This document shows, in pieces, positions 13,831 through 27,630 of a stretch of DNA of 64,000 nt; the first letter of the stretch is position 1, and each line of letters opens with the position of its first letter. This DNA comes from the human T2T-CHM13v2.0 reference genome, Homo sapiens: the NCBI RefSeq assembly GCF_009914755.1, contig NC_060932.1; one strand, given 5' to 3'. The translations under genes were made by a program, and so were the position numbers. The notes below the pieces were generated by a model that had not been told where the DNA came from, made no database searches, and worked only from the letters and a program-made list of their open reading frames with translations.

Positions 13831-14065
13831 AGCTAAGCTATGAGAACGTAAAGGCATAAGAATGACACAATGAACTTTGGAGATTTCGGGGAAAAAGTGG
13901 GAGGGGGCAAGAGATAAAAGACTACAAATATGGTGCAGTGTATACTGCTTGGGTGATGGGTTCACCAAAATCTCACAAATCACCACTGAAAAAGTTACTC
14001 ATGTAACCAAATACCACCTGTACCCCAATACCCCAATAACTTATGGAAAAAAAATCTCCCGTTCA

Positions 14066-14580
14066 AAAAGGGAGAAATAGAAGGTATATAGGAATCATTA
14101 GTCCATAGCCATTCTGAAAATTATCAAGGCACAGGTAGTAGTTTCTTAAATAGGACTAAAGACTTGAGAGTAATTCCTTATGGCTGTTGACTCTGCCTTC
14201 TAGGCTCTTGTCTCTATTCTCTGTCTCTGAGTTATTTTCATTTTTATTTTTTTGTAAAAAGTAGCCATATTTTCAGGTGTGCAGTTTTCTCAGGGATGCC
14301 AAAGACCTCTTTTCATTTTATCTGTATCTGTTCCTTTCAATCCAAGCTAGTGGCATTTCTGCTAATTCATTTTTCTTAAAAACCTTTGTGACTGTCCTGG
14401 GAATTTTACTGGGGTTCATTTCACTAGACAAAAGTTATCTCTATGAATCTCTTTAAGATAACATCTTTTTTTTTCCTGTAAGCTTCTGCTGAGACTATCA
14501 TAGAACAACATTCTTCAGTTCCTTTGAAGCTCTAATATTTTACTGGATGAAATTACCTTAGATCTGTATGGAGTCTTAAT
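14066..14580 (-). mobile_element. MLT1-int, right piece (continuation across the L1PB1 insertion)
   Basis: Sequence resumes immediately after the 3' TSD with MaLR-int-like content. Confidence 0.55.
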
Positions 14581-15345
14581 CAAAGGAAAGAAGCATGCAC
14601 AAAAAGCAGCATCTTAGAATCCAGTAAGAGGCTGGGGGATGAGGAGGGTCTATCCTTTGAATAAATCAGAACTATAGGGTCTCTGGTTTCTACCACACAT
14701 AACTTATGAGGCTTAATTAGTCCTGCTGCTGCCAAAATAGAGAGGTTCCCCAAGTGGAAAAGAGAAAAGGGCCTCCTTGTTAGCACCCACCTATCTTAGT
14801 TGAATGTTGTTTTGATTCACATGTTCAGGCATAGCTGAAAATTTGTTGAAATTCTAAAAATTGAATAATGTATGATACATGCTGTGTCCCAGGATTTGCT
14901 TTATTATCTAAATTTTGCACACTTTAATATGCCTCCCAAGAAGGTGTCTTGTTTATTAAGTATCACAATAAAACAAAAGAGATACAAGAACTGCAGAGAA
15001 GAGAAAATGATTTTGCCAAATTATTTCAATGCTTTGGTACATGAATTTAAATTAGTAACTGAATCTATTTCTGTATAAATTTTATTTAAAGACAAATGTT
15101 TTTTTCCTTCCCAATGAAATGAATATCAGACATTAGTGTGAAATAGCACCCAATTATTAGCTACTGAGAGGACCTGATTGTCATGGTGTGAACCTGCATA
15201 AAAATCAAATAAATAAGCAATGAAACAATGGAACAAAATATTGTGGACTTGGTCCTATACATTGGGTGAATTATAAATCACGCCTACATGGCTAGGGTCC
15301 CTGAGAGCAAAGACCACACTTAAGACTTCATTTTAAAAAACTGTT

Positions 15346-15716
15346 TGCTATGGACTGAATGTTTGTGTGCACCCAAAATTCATATGTGGAAATCCTAACC
15401 CCACTGTGATAGTATTAGCAAGTGGGGCTTTTGTTGGTAATTAGATTATGAGATGGGAGCCCTCATGATGGTATGGATGCTCATGAAAGAAGAGACACAA
15501 GTGAACTTATATGCCCTCTCTCTCTGCTCTTTGCTCTGTGAGAAAACAAGAAGACAGCTGTCTGCAAACCAAGATGGATGCCCACACCAGACATCACATC
15601 TGCCTGCACCTTGACCTTGGAATTCCCAGTCTCCAGAACTCTAAGAAATAAATGTTTGTTGTTTGAGCCACCAGGTCTATGGTATTCTGATATAGCATCC
15701 CAAACTGACTTAGGCA
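15346..15716 (+). mobile_element. MLT1A-family solo LTR
   Basis: TGCTATGGACTGAATG start; AATAAA...GGCA end. TSD CTGTT on both sides. Confidence 0.88.
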
Positions 15717-18700
15717 CTGTTTCTCCTCTTCATGTGAACACATGAAAGGATTGTGTGTTTGTTTGTGTTTCCAAGAAGAAAACAGGTTTTCAAATAAAAT
15801 TACTCATCCATTTATTTTGTCTTTTTATTAATTTAAGAATAGTTATTTATATACCTCTGATGTACATAATTATCCTAACCAGTTGCGAATTTTACCTTTG
15901 AAAAAGAAATGGCTTATATAGTCATATACTTTCAAAAATTAATTGAGAATCTTTTATATACCAGGTTTTATGTTAACTGCTGAGTATACACAGATGAATA
16001 AGGGACACTCTCAGCTCCTTAGAGAACACATGGTAGAGTTTAGGAGACAATTTCAATATAATACAAAATTTGCTAATGGGTAAGATGGGTGTTGGGGCAC
16101 AAGAAATCATGAATGTGATGCCTGGTTCAAATGCTTCATTCAGCAAAGTACTAAGCGAAATTTGTCACCAGGTCATACCCCATGGCCATTAATATCTCCC
16201 AAAGTTCAATTCATACACATTAGGTTACTTTAAAGACCATATTTAATAAATAATTGGATAACCCAGTAGGTGACTAATAGCTTTTTGCTTACTTTGGGAT
16301 AAGCCCTGTGTGATTCTCAGAAATCTCTTAATTGTTTGATTATTTAACAAAAGGTTCCTGCTTCTTAAGACTTCAAAACCCATTAAAGTCATAGTAAGAA
16401 TTAGTTTTGCATGCTCCCAGTCATAGGGTGCTCATTTCCCCCTTGTTCCCAAGAGGGGTGATAAGATAGGTTTGTTTTCAAGGTAGCCATTAATAAGCGA
16501 GATGGTGCCTGGTCTAACTAGGCCCTCAATCTAAAGCAGGACATTATCTCCCTTAATCTGTGTTCTAGTTATTCCAAATAGGGTCACAGTGATTATTAGC
16601 TCAGTAGGTGATCAATAAAGGTTTGTGGAATGAATGAATGAGTCATTTGCTGTGGTTCAATTTCCAAAGTTGATTATCTGATTCTGTTACATTCCCAGTG
16701 CTATAGCTGCACATCTTATTCAGTATGCCATGCAGTTTAGTTTTCGTTTTCAAGGACATAAGTGCTGTGCTTTTGCCAATGACTCACCTAGTGCTGTGAT
16801 GCAGAGGTAGGTATTATCTTGAAATGATACATTTCTATATTCCACAAGGTACAGTCCTAATCATTAGGTGACACACTGTGAAGATGAATCTTTCTTCTAA
16901 ATAACCAGCCATTGGAGTAAGCAGAAGACCTTGCCACTGAATGACATAAGACTCTTTTGCACTTGTGGTTTACTTTTTATTTAACATTCCACACTTCATA
17001 CTCTTTGTGCATCAGATTATCCACAGTTTACAGTATCTGGAAACCAAATCAAACCCTTCTAACTCCATCTGTCATCAGTCTCTTTAGCAATAATAGTTGA
17101 TAAGTGCCCTGTTGATCACCTTTTTGGAGAAGTTCTGAGAACCGTATATTTTTGCTTTTTGAGAAAATAGTTCAAACATCCTTCTGCTTATAGCTTAAAA
17201 ATGGATTATAAAAGGTATATTAGCTTGTCAATTTCAACTAATACAAGAGATGGAGACAATTACTGTTACTTAAATCTAATTGGACACCTTATCAGTGACT
17301 ATAAAATAGACGTATATTTGCCTACCATATTGAGAGAGCAGCAGCTGAAATGGCCTGGTAGGGTAGCTGGCCTCTACCTTGAATAATCATTGTTCTTCCC
17401 ACCGTGTCCTAAAGCCAGTCAAGGAGGTATATTGCCAACTGCAAACTTGATTGTTACTTCTATATCTTAATAGAGAACATTACTCCTATCAAAGGTGCTT
17501 AAAGGAAAACTATAGATTCTTGTTCCAAGCAAGCAAAGTTCTTACATGCAAAAACTTTGGAGACACAATGACCGAGGCTCTAATCCTATCTCAAAATTTG
17601 GGGCAATTGTAACCTCTCTAAATCTTAGTTCCTCATCCTAATGTGAAGCTAAACATAACTTGCAAATAAATAACTCATTATATAACTGATATCTTCTCCT
17701 CCATCCCTGCCTTGGTCAAGGATTGGCTCACTCAACACAGATTCTCAAATACCTTCTTTGCTTTTCTCTAACATAGGGGGTAGAGGATGAAGTACTCATT
17801 TTTCTCAGAAGCAGCCTAGCCAGCAGTGGTGATATGCCACAGCTCTGCCCAGTGATATATAAGCTTACTTCTGATGAGAGGAGTTTTCATTAAGTATAAG
17901 GGTTTGGACCCTCCTCCCTTCCTCTTGCTTGAAAAGCAAGTGTGATAATTAAAGGTGCAATAGATCTCCAGCCACCGTGAAGAAAAAGTCATATGATAGG
18001 ATGGTGGGGCAAGAAGATAGAAAGAGCCTGGCCCCTGACCACATCATTGAGTAGACATTCAAAGGTATTGGGCAGGAAAAAAATAAAGCAACAACTTTAA
18101 TTCAGGAAAACTTTTCTCATCTTTCAGAAATTAGTTTTCTTCCTATTAACATGACATTGAATTCATTTCTTATAAAATAGTAATCTAGTTTTGCTATCCT
18201 ACGAAAGAATGTGCTCTCTAATTGCCTTGAGTGAATTATATTTCAGGATGATTTAATGCTAGAAGTATCATGTGGTTCAACTTTAAGTATTTAACAGAGT
18301 CAATACTCAGACTCAAGTCTTTCTGATTCTGATGCCCCTGTCACTAATCACTGCACTCACGTGGTGCCCCAATGCCAGCTACTCAGCAAAAGCTTAAAGA
18401 AAGTAAAAGTTGTTGATTGATTAATTAAATAGCCCCTCTCTACTTATACATTAAAACTCCTCTTTCAACACAATCTCATACTGACACTGAAATTAAAGGT
18501 TTCCATTAGCTGACTTTCCTCTCTATAGACGTGAGAACTGAATGGAGAGATAGTTGAAATAAATTTTGTGTGGCATTGGCCTTGAAGGGACTGATAAAGG
18601 GCGCATACTGAAGTTCTTTGGCTGGGCCCTGTGGGATGCACACTTGTGGCCTTGGAGGCATGGCACTGCAGAAGCACTTAGAGGAAACTGCCAAGTGCAC

Positions 18701-19317
18701 GTGCAGCAGGAATGAGCCTGCGCCTCTGATCGTCACGCTTAGCTTCATGTTTGCAGTCCTTTTAGGGGGATGCTAGCAGAGACAGCAAATTCCACATTAA
18801 TCCACTATTTAAGAACAGAACAGATATTGTTTGGCATTAGCCAATAAGATCTGGTGACTCATAAATGGGTCACAGACATTGCCTTTTGCCCAAGTTCATG
18901 GCCAAAAACATACTGGGCATTGTGTCCAAAATGTGATTAAACTAGTACCAGCTCAGATAGCTTACAACCTAGATTAAATGGCTTAGTAAAACACTGTTCA
19001 CTGGAAACAGAATCTAGGCTTCCCCCTGAAGTACTTGTTTCAGACATGGAATGTTTGGGACAGCTATTCATTTTCTGTTAAATGCTCTGTTGCCTATTTC
19101 CAATAACATAATGAAGAAAGCCCCAAGAAGGCATTACTGGTTGTAATTTGAAAATCAAGATAATATTATGTACTCATGGTTAAAATTTATAGAGTATTCA
19201 AAGATGAAAAGCAAAAAATAAAATTCCCCTGATCTCATAGTCTAACACCCTAGAAGGTGTCACTGTTTATATTTTCTTGACTACTGTGCAGAAATCTTCT
19301 GTGAATGACAAACATAT

Positions 19318-19771
19318 TGTATGGGTTGAATTGTGTCCCCACAAACGATGTGTTGAAGCCCTAACCCCTAGTACCTTAGCATGTGACCTTATTTGGAAAT
19401 AAGGTCTTTACAGAGATAATTTAAAATGAGCTCATTAGGGTGAATTCTAATCCACTATAATGAGTATTCTTATAAAAAGGGGCAATTTGAACATAGAGAC
19501 AAACACACCCAGGGAGAATGCCATGTGAACATGAAGGCAGAGATTGCGATGATGCTCCTATAAGCCACGGAATGCCAAAGACTGCCAGCAAACTACCAGA
19601 AGCCAGGAGGGAGGCGTGGAACAGTTTCTCCCTCACAGTCCTCAGAAGGAAACAACCCTGCCAATATCTTGATTTTGGATTTCTAGCCTCAGGAACTGTG
19701 AGACGATAGATTTCTGTTGCTTAAGTCACCAGTTGATGATGTTGTTACAGAAGCCCTAACAAATGAGTGCA
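19318..19771 (+). mobile_element. MLT1B/C solo LTR
   Basis: TGTATGGGTTGAATTGTGTCCC start. TSD CATAT at 19313-19317 and 19772-19776. Confidence 0.88.
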
Positions 19772-20757
19772 CATATATTGATATTGATATACAGATCCAG
19801 GTATACACATAACATTGTCTTATTTTTCCATTTCATTTCTGTGTAGAATCACAACTCATTCTGGTCCTTCCTTGCGTCTGTCTGGTTTTAGTAGCTCTGT
19901 GCTGGATTTTTTCCCAGTTTAATGACAGTTAAGATTTCATAAGTGCTGCTATCCTCATAAATCTTTCACACTGATTAGCATACATGTCTTTCGGTCTGAA
20001 ATGTATGGTCACTATTTCATAGTTTTTCATAAAGTGCTAGATGGCCAGTAGGCACTAAGCATTGGGTGAGGTTTATGAAGATGCAGAAATAAGGAGACAG
20101 TGTGTTGGACCTCTGCTTGAAGGTAAAGAGATCACAGCAAAAGAGCATGCCCAGGATAAAATACCATATTTATGATCCAAGTGTCTGGTGCCAGCTCTTT
20201 TTAAGGTGACATACTAGATCAAGAAGGTAGAAAGATGTATATATCTACCCAGCAGATAATAAAATTATTATTGAGATCATCAGATTCTCTTTTCTCTGGT
20301 TTTATATGCAACATGCAAACTTTTTTATTTTTATCAAGTTCCCATAGAGACTTTTCCATTAAAGAGGCTTGCCTGATCATGATATGATAGATTTACTTAC
20401 CACTGTATCCCCCATGCTAAGTTCAGTGCCTGGATCACAGCGTATGCTCATTAAATATTTGTTGAGTTGACTAAATATTATGCATAGTCAGCAAATATGG
20501 TTGCATGCCTACTGTGAGTCAGAAATTAGGCTAAGCATTTTTGAGTGCTAAAAGTTAAGTTTTCTCAATGTAAATTAGTAATTTGACACTGATTAATTAA
20601 TCATTGATTAATTGATTAATCATTGATTTATGAGTCAGGTTAATATGGGTTTAGACCCTCACATCTCATCACTCCATGTAAAATGTAGTTCTTGAATATG
20701 TAAGCCCAAATTTGGACACTTCTGTAAGTCTTTAAGCACTTTGAAAAGCCCTATTGA

Positions 20758-21812
20758 CTTGGCAAAGATTTCATGATGAAGATGCCAAAAGCAATTGCGA
20801 CAAAAACAAAAATTAACAAATGGGACATAATTAAACTAAAGAGCTTCTGCATAGTAAAAGAAAGTATCAACAGAGTAAACAGTCTACAGATGGGAGGAAA
20901 TATCTGCAAACCTTACATCTGACAAAGGTCTAATAATCAGAATCAACAAGGAATTTGAACAAATTAACAAGAAAAAACAAACAACTCCATTAAAAAGTGG
21001 GCAAAGAATATGAATATACCCCTTTCAAAAGAGGACATACATACAACCAACAAGCATATGAAAAAATGCTCAACCTCACTAATCATTAGAGAAATTCAAA
21101 TCAAAACCACAATGAGATACCATCTCACACCAGTCAGAATGACTATTATTAAAAAGTCATCAAGTAGCAGATGCTGGTGAGCTTGCAAAGAAAAGGGAAC
21201 ACTTATACACTGCTGGTGGGAGTGTAAATTAGTTCAGCCATTGTGGAAAGCAGTTTGGCAATTTCTCAAAGGACTCAAAACAGAATTACCATTCAACTCA
21301 GCAATCCCATGATTGAGTATATACCCGAAGAACTATAAATCATTCTATCATAAAGAACATGCATCTCATGTTCATCACAGCACTATTTACAATAACAAAG
21401 ACATTGAATCAACCTAAATGCCTCTCAACGGTAGACTGGATAAAGCAAATATGGTATGTATACACTATGGAATATTATGCAGCCATAAAAAAGAATAAGA
21501 TCATGTCCTTTGCAGCAACAAGGATGCAGCTGGAGACTATTATCCTAAGGAACAGAAAATCAAATAGTTTATACTCTCATTTATAAGTGGGAGCTAAACA
21601 TTGAGTACACATGGACACAAAGAAGAGAACAATAGACACCAAGACCTACTTGATGGTGGAAGGTGAGAGGGGGTGAAGATAGAAACACTACCTATCAGTT
21701 ACTACGCTTATTACCTGTGTGATGAAATAATCTGTATCCTAAATCCCTGTGACACGCAATTTACCAATATAACAAACCTGCAGATGTACTCTTGAACATA
21801 AAAGTAAAATCA
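20758..21812 (+). mobile_element. 5'-truncated L1PA15/16-like element (~1.05 kb)
   Basis: ORF2 C-terminus (ORF 21359-21586: WYVYTMEYYAAIKKN) plus 3'UTR. 16-bp TSD TGAAAAGCCCTATTGA at 20742-20757 and 21813-21828. Confidence 0.9.
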
Positions 21813-21954
21813 TGAAAAGCCCTATTGAACTGTCCTTCAGACTCTTATTTATTCATCATTCAATTATTCATTTGGTTATTTTTTCAAATCTTCCCTTCAT
21901 TTGATTTTTCTATTATTCTTTTGATTAATGATTATCAATACCTACAATGTGTCA

Positions 21955-22381
<427 letters not shown>

Positions 22382-24189
22382 TTAAAAAAATTGCTGGGAG
22401 TTACACCCTCTGGCCATTTTGAAGGTAACATATAATACTGAGAGCCTCTTGCTTCCTACCAAGCCAGTTTTCAGGTTAAGGGAAATGAGTGCAGGCACCT
22501 GGATTCCCAATCCTGGTTGCAGCCTCTCTTCTCTCCACACCAAATTCCAGGCCTGTCACTGAAGACTTGCAGCTTGGGAGAAATTCTAAAACTCACTCAA
22601 CTACAGAGAAGTTTAATGAGGAATTCAGGACAGGAAGTTAAGTTTACTATTATGTTTTCAATCATGAAAGGGAACGGTTTGGATATCTATTTTGAGGCAA
22701 ACACTATCATCTTCTGTTTTACAGTAGTGTTTTTTTAGAAGCTATTTAAGACTATATGACTCCTTTTATAATTATCAAGATTTCAGATAAGCACTGAGCT
22801 GCTCCACTACATAATTGTAGCAGTGAGTGTGGGTGCCCCACCCACTTGAAGATAGACTGGAGTCAGCCCACATTTATATATTTGATGTGGTTTTATAGGA
22901 AGAGCCCCAAGTGAAATTCTTCCATATGGTGGCTCTTTGGGACCTAATCCAGGTGTCTTATTCAAAATCAGGGTTTTCAAGTCTGAAGTGAAGTACAATG
23001 GAGTACTTTAAAGAATTCAGCAGTCGGCAGTACTTTGATGATTTAAAATGCATACCTTAATGTAACCAACATTTATTGAGTGTTTATTACATGTACTAGA
23101 TATTTTCACAGACATTAACTTGGTTACTTCTCAAACTAATGTATTGAAATAAATATTTTTTTATAAATGAGAAAATGGAAGTTCAGAAAGTTTAATCAAC
23201 TGCCCCCAATTCAGAAAGCTATTACACATTGGAAACATGTCTAGTTATAAATGTTTTCTCCCTTTCATTACTAATGAAAGCAATGCTCCTCAGGTTTGCT
23301 TCCTTCTTCAGTCTCTCCTTCTTTTTTTTTTCTTCCTTCCCTTTCCTTCTCCCTTCTTTCTCTATTGTATCCCTTCTCTCAATTACCCTTCCTCCATCCT
23401 TTCTTTCTTGAGTGTCTGCTATGTGTCAGGCCCTGCCCTGGGACTTGGAGATTCAGACGCCATGATCTAGCCCTTTGTGAGAAACAGACGGGATGGTCAC
23501 AGTGAGATATTTACTAAGAAATCAGTTATATAATCCTGGAGCTTGACTGAAAGAAAATTTGGGGCAAGAAATACTTTGTGAAATCACACATGCTTTTAAG
23601 ACCACCTAAAAGTCTACTTAGAGTTACAGGAGGGTCAAAAACAGGGACCCAGGAAATACTGACCTTCATGAAGATTCATGGAAATCGAGGAGCCTCTGAG
23701 AGATTCCAAGGAGGAAATGGCCTCAGTGAAGAGAAGAAAATTGAAAGCTATTTTTGTCATTAAAAGTGTCACAAAATTCAGAAAAATTAACACAACTGAG
23801 CTTCCATGGTTGGAAAGTGGAAGGGTCATAGGTAAATATCATTATTAGGAGGAATATTATTCCGCATTCATATATTTCCATATAGAATTAGTGGCTCTAT
23901 TTCTGTCCCTTAGACATGTCATCTTGGTGGAGAGAGGTGATACTCTATTGATGACTGTGGGGGAGAAACAGCCCTGCATAGCTCCCTTGTCTTTGGGATC
24001 TGCCTGATTGAATAAAGCACAATTTTTTGTCTCCCCTGGGTCGTAATATAATCTTATCAGCAAAAGCCCTATCTAAGGTAGATCAGAGCTGCCTGTGACT
24101 GGGAGTGTGCAATCCAGTATAGGTAAACCCAGTGTAGCGGCATACTTAAAAGCATTTCTGTATCAGCATTATCAGTATTACATCTGACT

Positions 24190-24352
24190 TCTTTTTTAAG
24201 AGACAGGGTCTTGCTGTGTTGCCCAGGCTGGCGTGTAATGATTATTCACAGGCGTGATCATAGTGCACTATGGCCTCGAACTCCTGGGTTCAAGCCTCCT
24301 GCTACAGCCTCCTGAGTAGCTGCGACTACAGGCATGCACCATTGTGCTAAGC
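24190..24352 (-). mobile_element. FAM (fossil Alu monomer, 7SL-derived)
   Basis: Monomeric. Contains TATTCACAGGCGTGATCATAGTGCACTA, the antisense of the FAM/7SL segment absent from dimeric Alus. Confidence 0.8.
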
Positions 24353-24736
24353 TAAATCTGATACTTTTTCCTTCATTTACCAAACTCTTTCTCTTTCATT
24401 AGAGTCTCACCTTGGATAAGAAAGAAGGATGATACTATTTTGGGCCCCTTTAACTTTAACAACCATAAACAGTTCCCTTTATTAACAAGCAACAAAGAGC
24501 ATATTCCAATAATATAGTTAGATGTAAAAATTGGCAACAATATATTAATATCTGAGGACTGCAAAATATAATTTGGGACGCCATGTCTTCTCAGTTGTTG
24601 CCAGGTATGCAATGTCCTCCTTCTGGCTTTCAAAAGTACCATGTTAGTCCTTCTCCATGGAAATTTCTACACTTATCTGGGAGCAAGGGATTGGAGGAAT
24701 GGAGTAGCAAGAGTTCCCCAAATGAGGGAAACAAAC

Positions 24737-25379
24737 TGATATGGTTAGGCTTTGTGTTCCCACACAAATCTCATCTTGAATTGTAATCCCCATAATACCC
24801 ATGTGTCAAGGGAGAGATCAGGTGAAGTTAATTGAATCATGGGGGTGGTTTCCCTTATGCTGTTCTCGTGATAGTGAGTGAGTTCTCACGAGATCTGATG
24901 GTTTTATAAGGGGCTCTTTTTGCTCAGTACTTCTCTTTCCAGCCGCCCTGTGGGGAAGGTGTCTTGCTTCCCCTTCACCTTCCACCATCAGTGTAAGTTT
25001 CCTGAGGATTCCCCAGCCGTGCTGAACTGTGAGTCAATTAAACCTGTTTCCTTTATAAATTACTCAGGCAGTTCTTTATAGCAGTCTGAAAATGGACTAA
25101 TACAGTAAATTAGTACCACAGAGAGTGGAGTGCTGCTATAAAGATACCCGAAAATGCGGAAGTGACTTTGGGACTGGGTAACAGGCAGAGGCTGGAACAG
25201 TTTGGAGGGCTCAGAAGAAGACAGGAAGATGTAGGAAAGTTTGGAACTTCCTAGAGAGTTGTTGAATAGCTTTAACCAAAATGCTGATAGTGATATGGAC
25301 AATAAAGTCCAGACTCAAGTGGTCTCAGATGGAGATGAGGAGCTTGTTGGGAACTGGAATAAAGGTGACTCTTGCTATG
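24737..25379 (+). mobile_element. THE1D-like 5' LTR (24737-25104) plus start of THE1-int (25105-25379), truncated
   Basis: TGATATGGTTAGGC...CTAATACA LTR, followed by GTAAATTAGTACC...GGGTAACAGGCAGAGG...GGAGGGCTCAGAAGAAGACAGG internal sequence. Confidence 0.88.
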
Positions 25380-25409
25380 GTTTTTTTTTCTTTTTCTTTT
25401 TTTTTTTCA

Positions 25410-25600
25410 CATGTCAGAGACTGGTCTAAGAGCTTTACATATATTAATTCCTATAATCTTTGTGATAGCCTCATTTGATAGAAGAAAAAACTGGGGCATA
25501 GGGAGGTTAAGTGACTTGTCAAGATCACATGGTCAAGGGAGTGGCACAACTGAGGTCTGATCTCAGGTGATCTGTCATCAGTTCCCATCCTCAGCTGCTA
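25410..25600 (-). mobile_element. MIR fragment
   Basis: AAAACTGGGGCATAGGGAGGTTAAGTGACTTGTCAAGATCACA. Confidence 0.7.
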
Positions 25601-27304
25601 CACTCTTTCTCCTCCCGTGCTCTACCCACTCCACCTGCTTCACCATCTTCCTTAGGGCAGGGCACCATAGCAACACCTGTCCTAAATAATTGCCGAGAAA
25701 TGTAAACTCGAATGGTCAGATAGCTCCTATTTTAGCCTGTCTCTAAGTCATTAGGTGGTCTAAAACGTATGAGGCCCTAAAAGGGGTACAGGGGAGGCTT
25801 TAATTGCAAGGCAGGGTGAAGAAGAGCATCGGCAGGGACTTTTCATGTTTCCATGTTTTTCCAGGGAGGAAACAAGCTCCTCCAGTGGTGGGAGATGGAA
25901 GGAGTTGAGAAGGAGCGGAGGGGCATTCTCCACCTTTGGGGGCCTTGGCGTTTTGTCCCATGAGAATGGTTCTGCCACCATGTGCTTTGAGTTGGGAAAC
26001 ATTTTTAAACTCGGCTTTGTTGGATTGGGTGTGTGATCTGTGAAAGTGGATGATTGTAAGTGTCTGTTAAAGGAGCTGGGTAGCTTGAAAATCTGTAAAA
26101 TCAGAAGCTGAACCATGAGGTGGGGGCAGAGGATGATGCTTCCATAGTGGTATTTACCTCCTGGACCCACAGGGCCTCTCCCTGCTTTCATGATGTGTGT
26201 TTGCTGACCACAGCAGCTGCACTAAGCTGGGCACAGCCCGCAGGCTCCGGGGCCTCCTGGGTTTCATAGTTTAGGGGCATGTGGCAGCATGGTGGGATGC
26301 TTTGGTAATGAGTTCACCACTGAGGCCACCTGGCTTTCACCTTAAGACATTGACAGCTGCAGCAGGTTTGAAAAAATGCAGCCACTGGTAGGACTGATCA
26401 GATCTTCTCTCTGGAAAACCAGGACAAAGCACTTGCATTACAGAAGGCCTTCGGGGGGATGGGAACCTGAATAAGGCAAGAAGAAGCTTCTCATGATGAC
26501 AATATGAGGGCTGGGGTGAGAGAGGTTATTTTAATTTAAATATTAAAACAGCTGAGTTTGAGATTGTTTCATTCCCTAAAGGGGTGAAGAAGTAAGTGTA
26601 CACCTTCATTGTGTTTCATCCTCAGGGTATCCACTGAAACACATATTATCAACATTTTGTGGATAAAGAAATTGAAGCAGGAACAGATTAAGTGACTTTC
26701 CCAGGATCATATGGCTGGTAGATAGGTAGACACCAATTTGGCCTGTAAAACAATGATTTTTACCTTACATTGTGTGGCATCTCGTCTCAAGAGAGAAGCA
26801 TGAACGTACTAGTACAACAAATGTGAGTGTCCAATTTTACCAGCATGAGGTGTATCTACCCCTCTGGGTCATCTGATAACCAGAAGAAGCATGCAGTTTG
26901 GCAAGGATATGCCATTATTACTGTGTTTTGTAATAGGCATTATTAGAGCAGAGAAGAATGAACTCTAAGATGTGACATGGGATTGGGCCAATGTGCTAGA
27001 AGGCCTTCCTTCCTCTATCCTTGCCTCTTTTTTAAAATGCTTAGGTCACGTCTGGGTTAAGCTATGAGGATAAGTAAAGGATCAATTGCTGATTAGGCAG
27101 CAGCTTGCAGGGACTCTAGCTAGCAGCATTGAGAGACTGTCTCAAAGTTGCTCTAGGAGCTGCCAGCAGTGATGAAATCACACTGGCCATAGTTTCTGAA
27201 TCTACAATTGGTGAAGTACTATAGGTGGTGACTCTTCAAGTGGCTGCCTCCCCATAAACTCCCTTTTGATTAAAGTAACTGCACATAACTCCTTACCTTA
27301 GCAT

Positions 27305-27630
27305 TCTCCAACTCCAGTGCCCACAAGGGTCAGGTAAGTGAGTGAAACTCTTTGACAGGAGCCCGACGTAGGGACTCTGGTGAAGAGCTCAGGTGCTTTT
27401 TAATGGCTCATATAGTACTCAGTATCTGTTGACTGTGGCTAGTGTTTCTTGGCTTTCTAATTTTTCAAGGAAAGCTGGAAATCTGAGTTTTTATGTGAAA
27501 TTTCCCTATTCAAAAATCATTCATGCTTAAACATTAAACTTAAATAAGTACTGTGTGAGCCAATGTTGTGCAAGTCAAACTAAATATATTTGTGGCCAGT
27601 TCTAGACTCCTGTTGGCAATAGTCACCTTG
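27305..27630. mobile_element. MER102-like hAT-Charlie relic
   Basis: TTTTTCAAGGAAAGCTGGAAATCTGAGTTTTTATGTGAAAT motif. Confidence 0.5.

Larger units (their letters stand above)
7923..14050 (+). mobile_element. Near-full-length L1PB1 (~6.1 kb) with 5'UTR, ORF1, ORF2 and 3'UTR
   Basis: 15-bp TSD AAAATCTCC(T/C)GTTCA at 7908-7922 and 14051-14065. L1PB-type 3' end (CCAAATACCACCTGTACCCCAATA...TTATGGAAAA). ORF remnants present. Confidence 0.93.

Noticed and set aside
25760-26191. 143-aa minus-strand ORF in a GC-richer unique region
   Set aside because: No known motif and no splice or promoter support; cannot be distinguished from chance.
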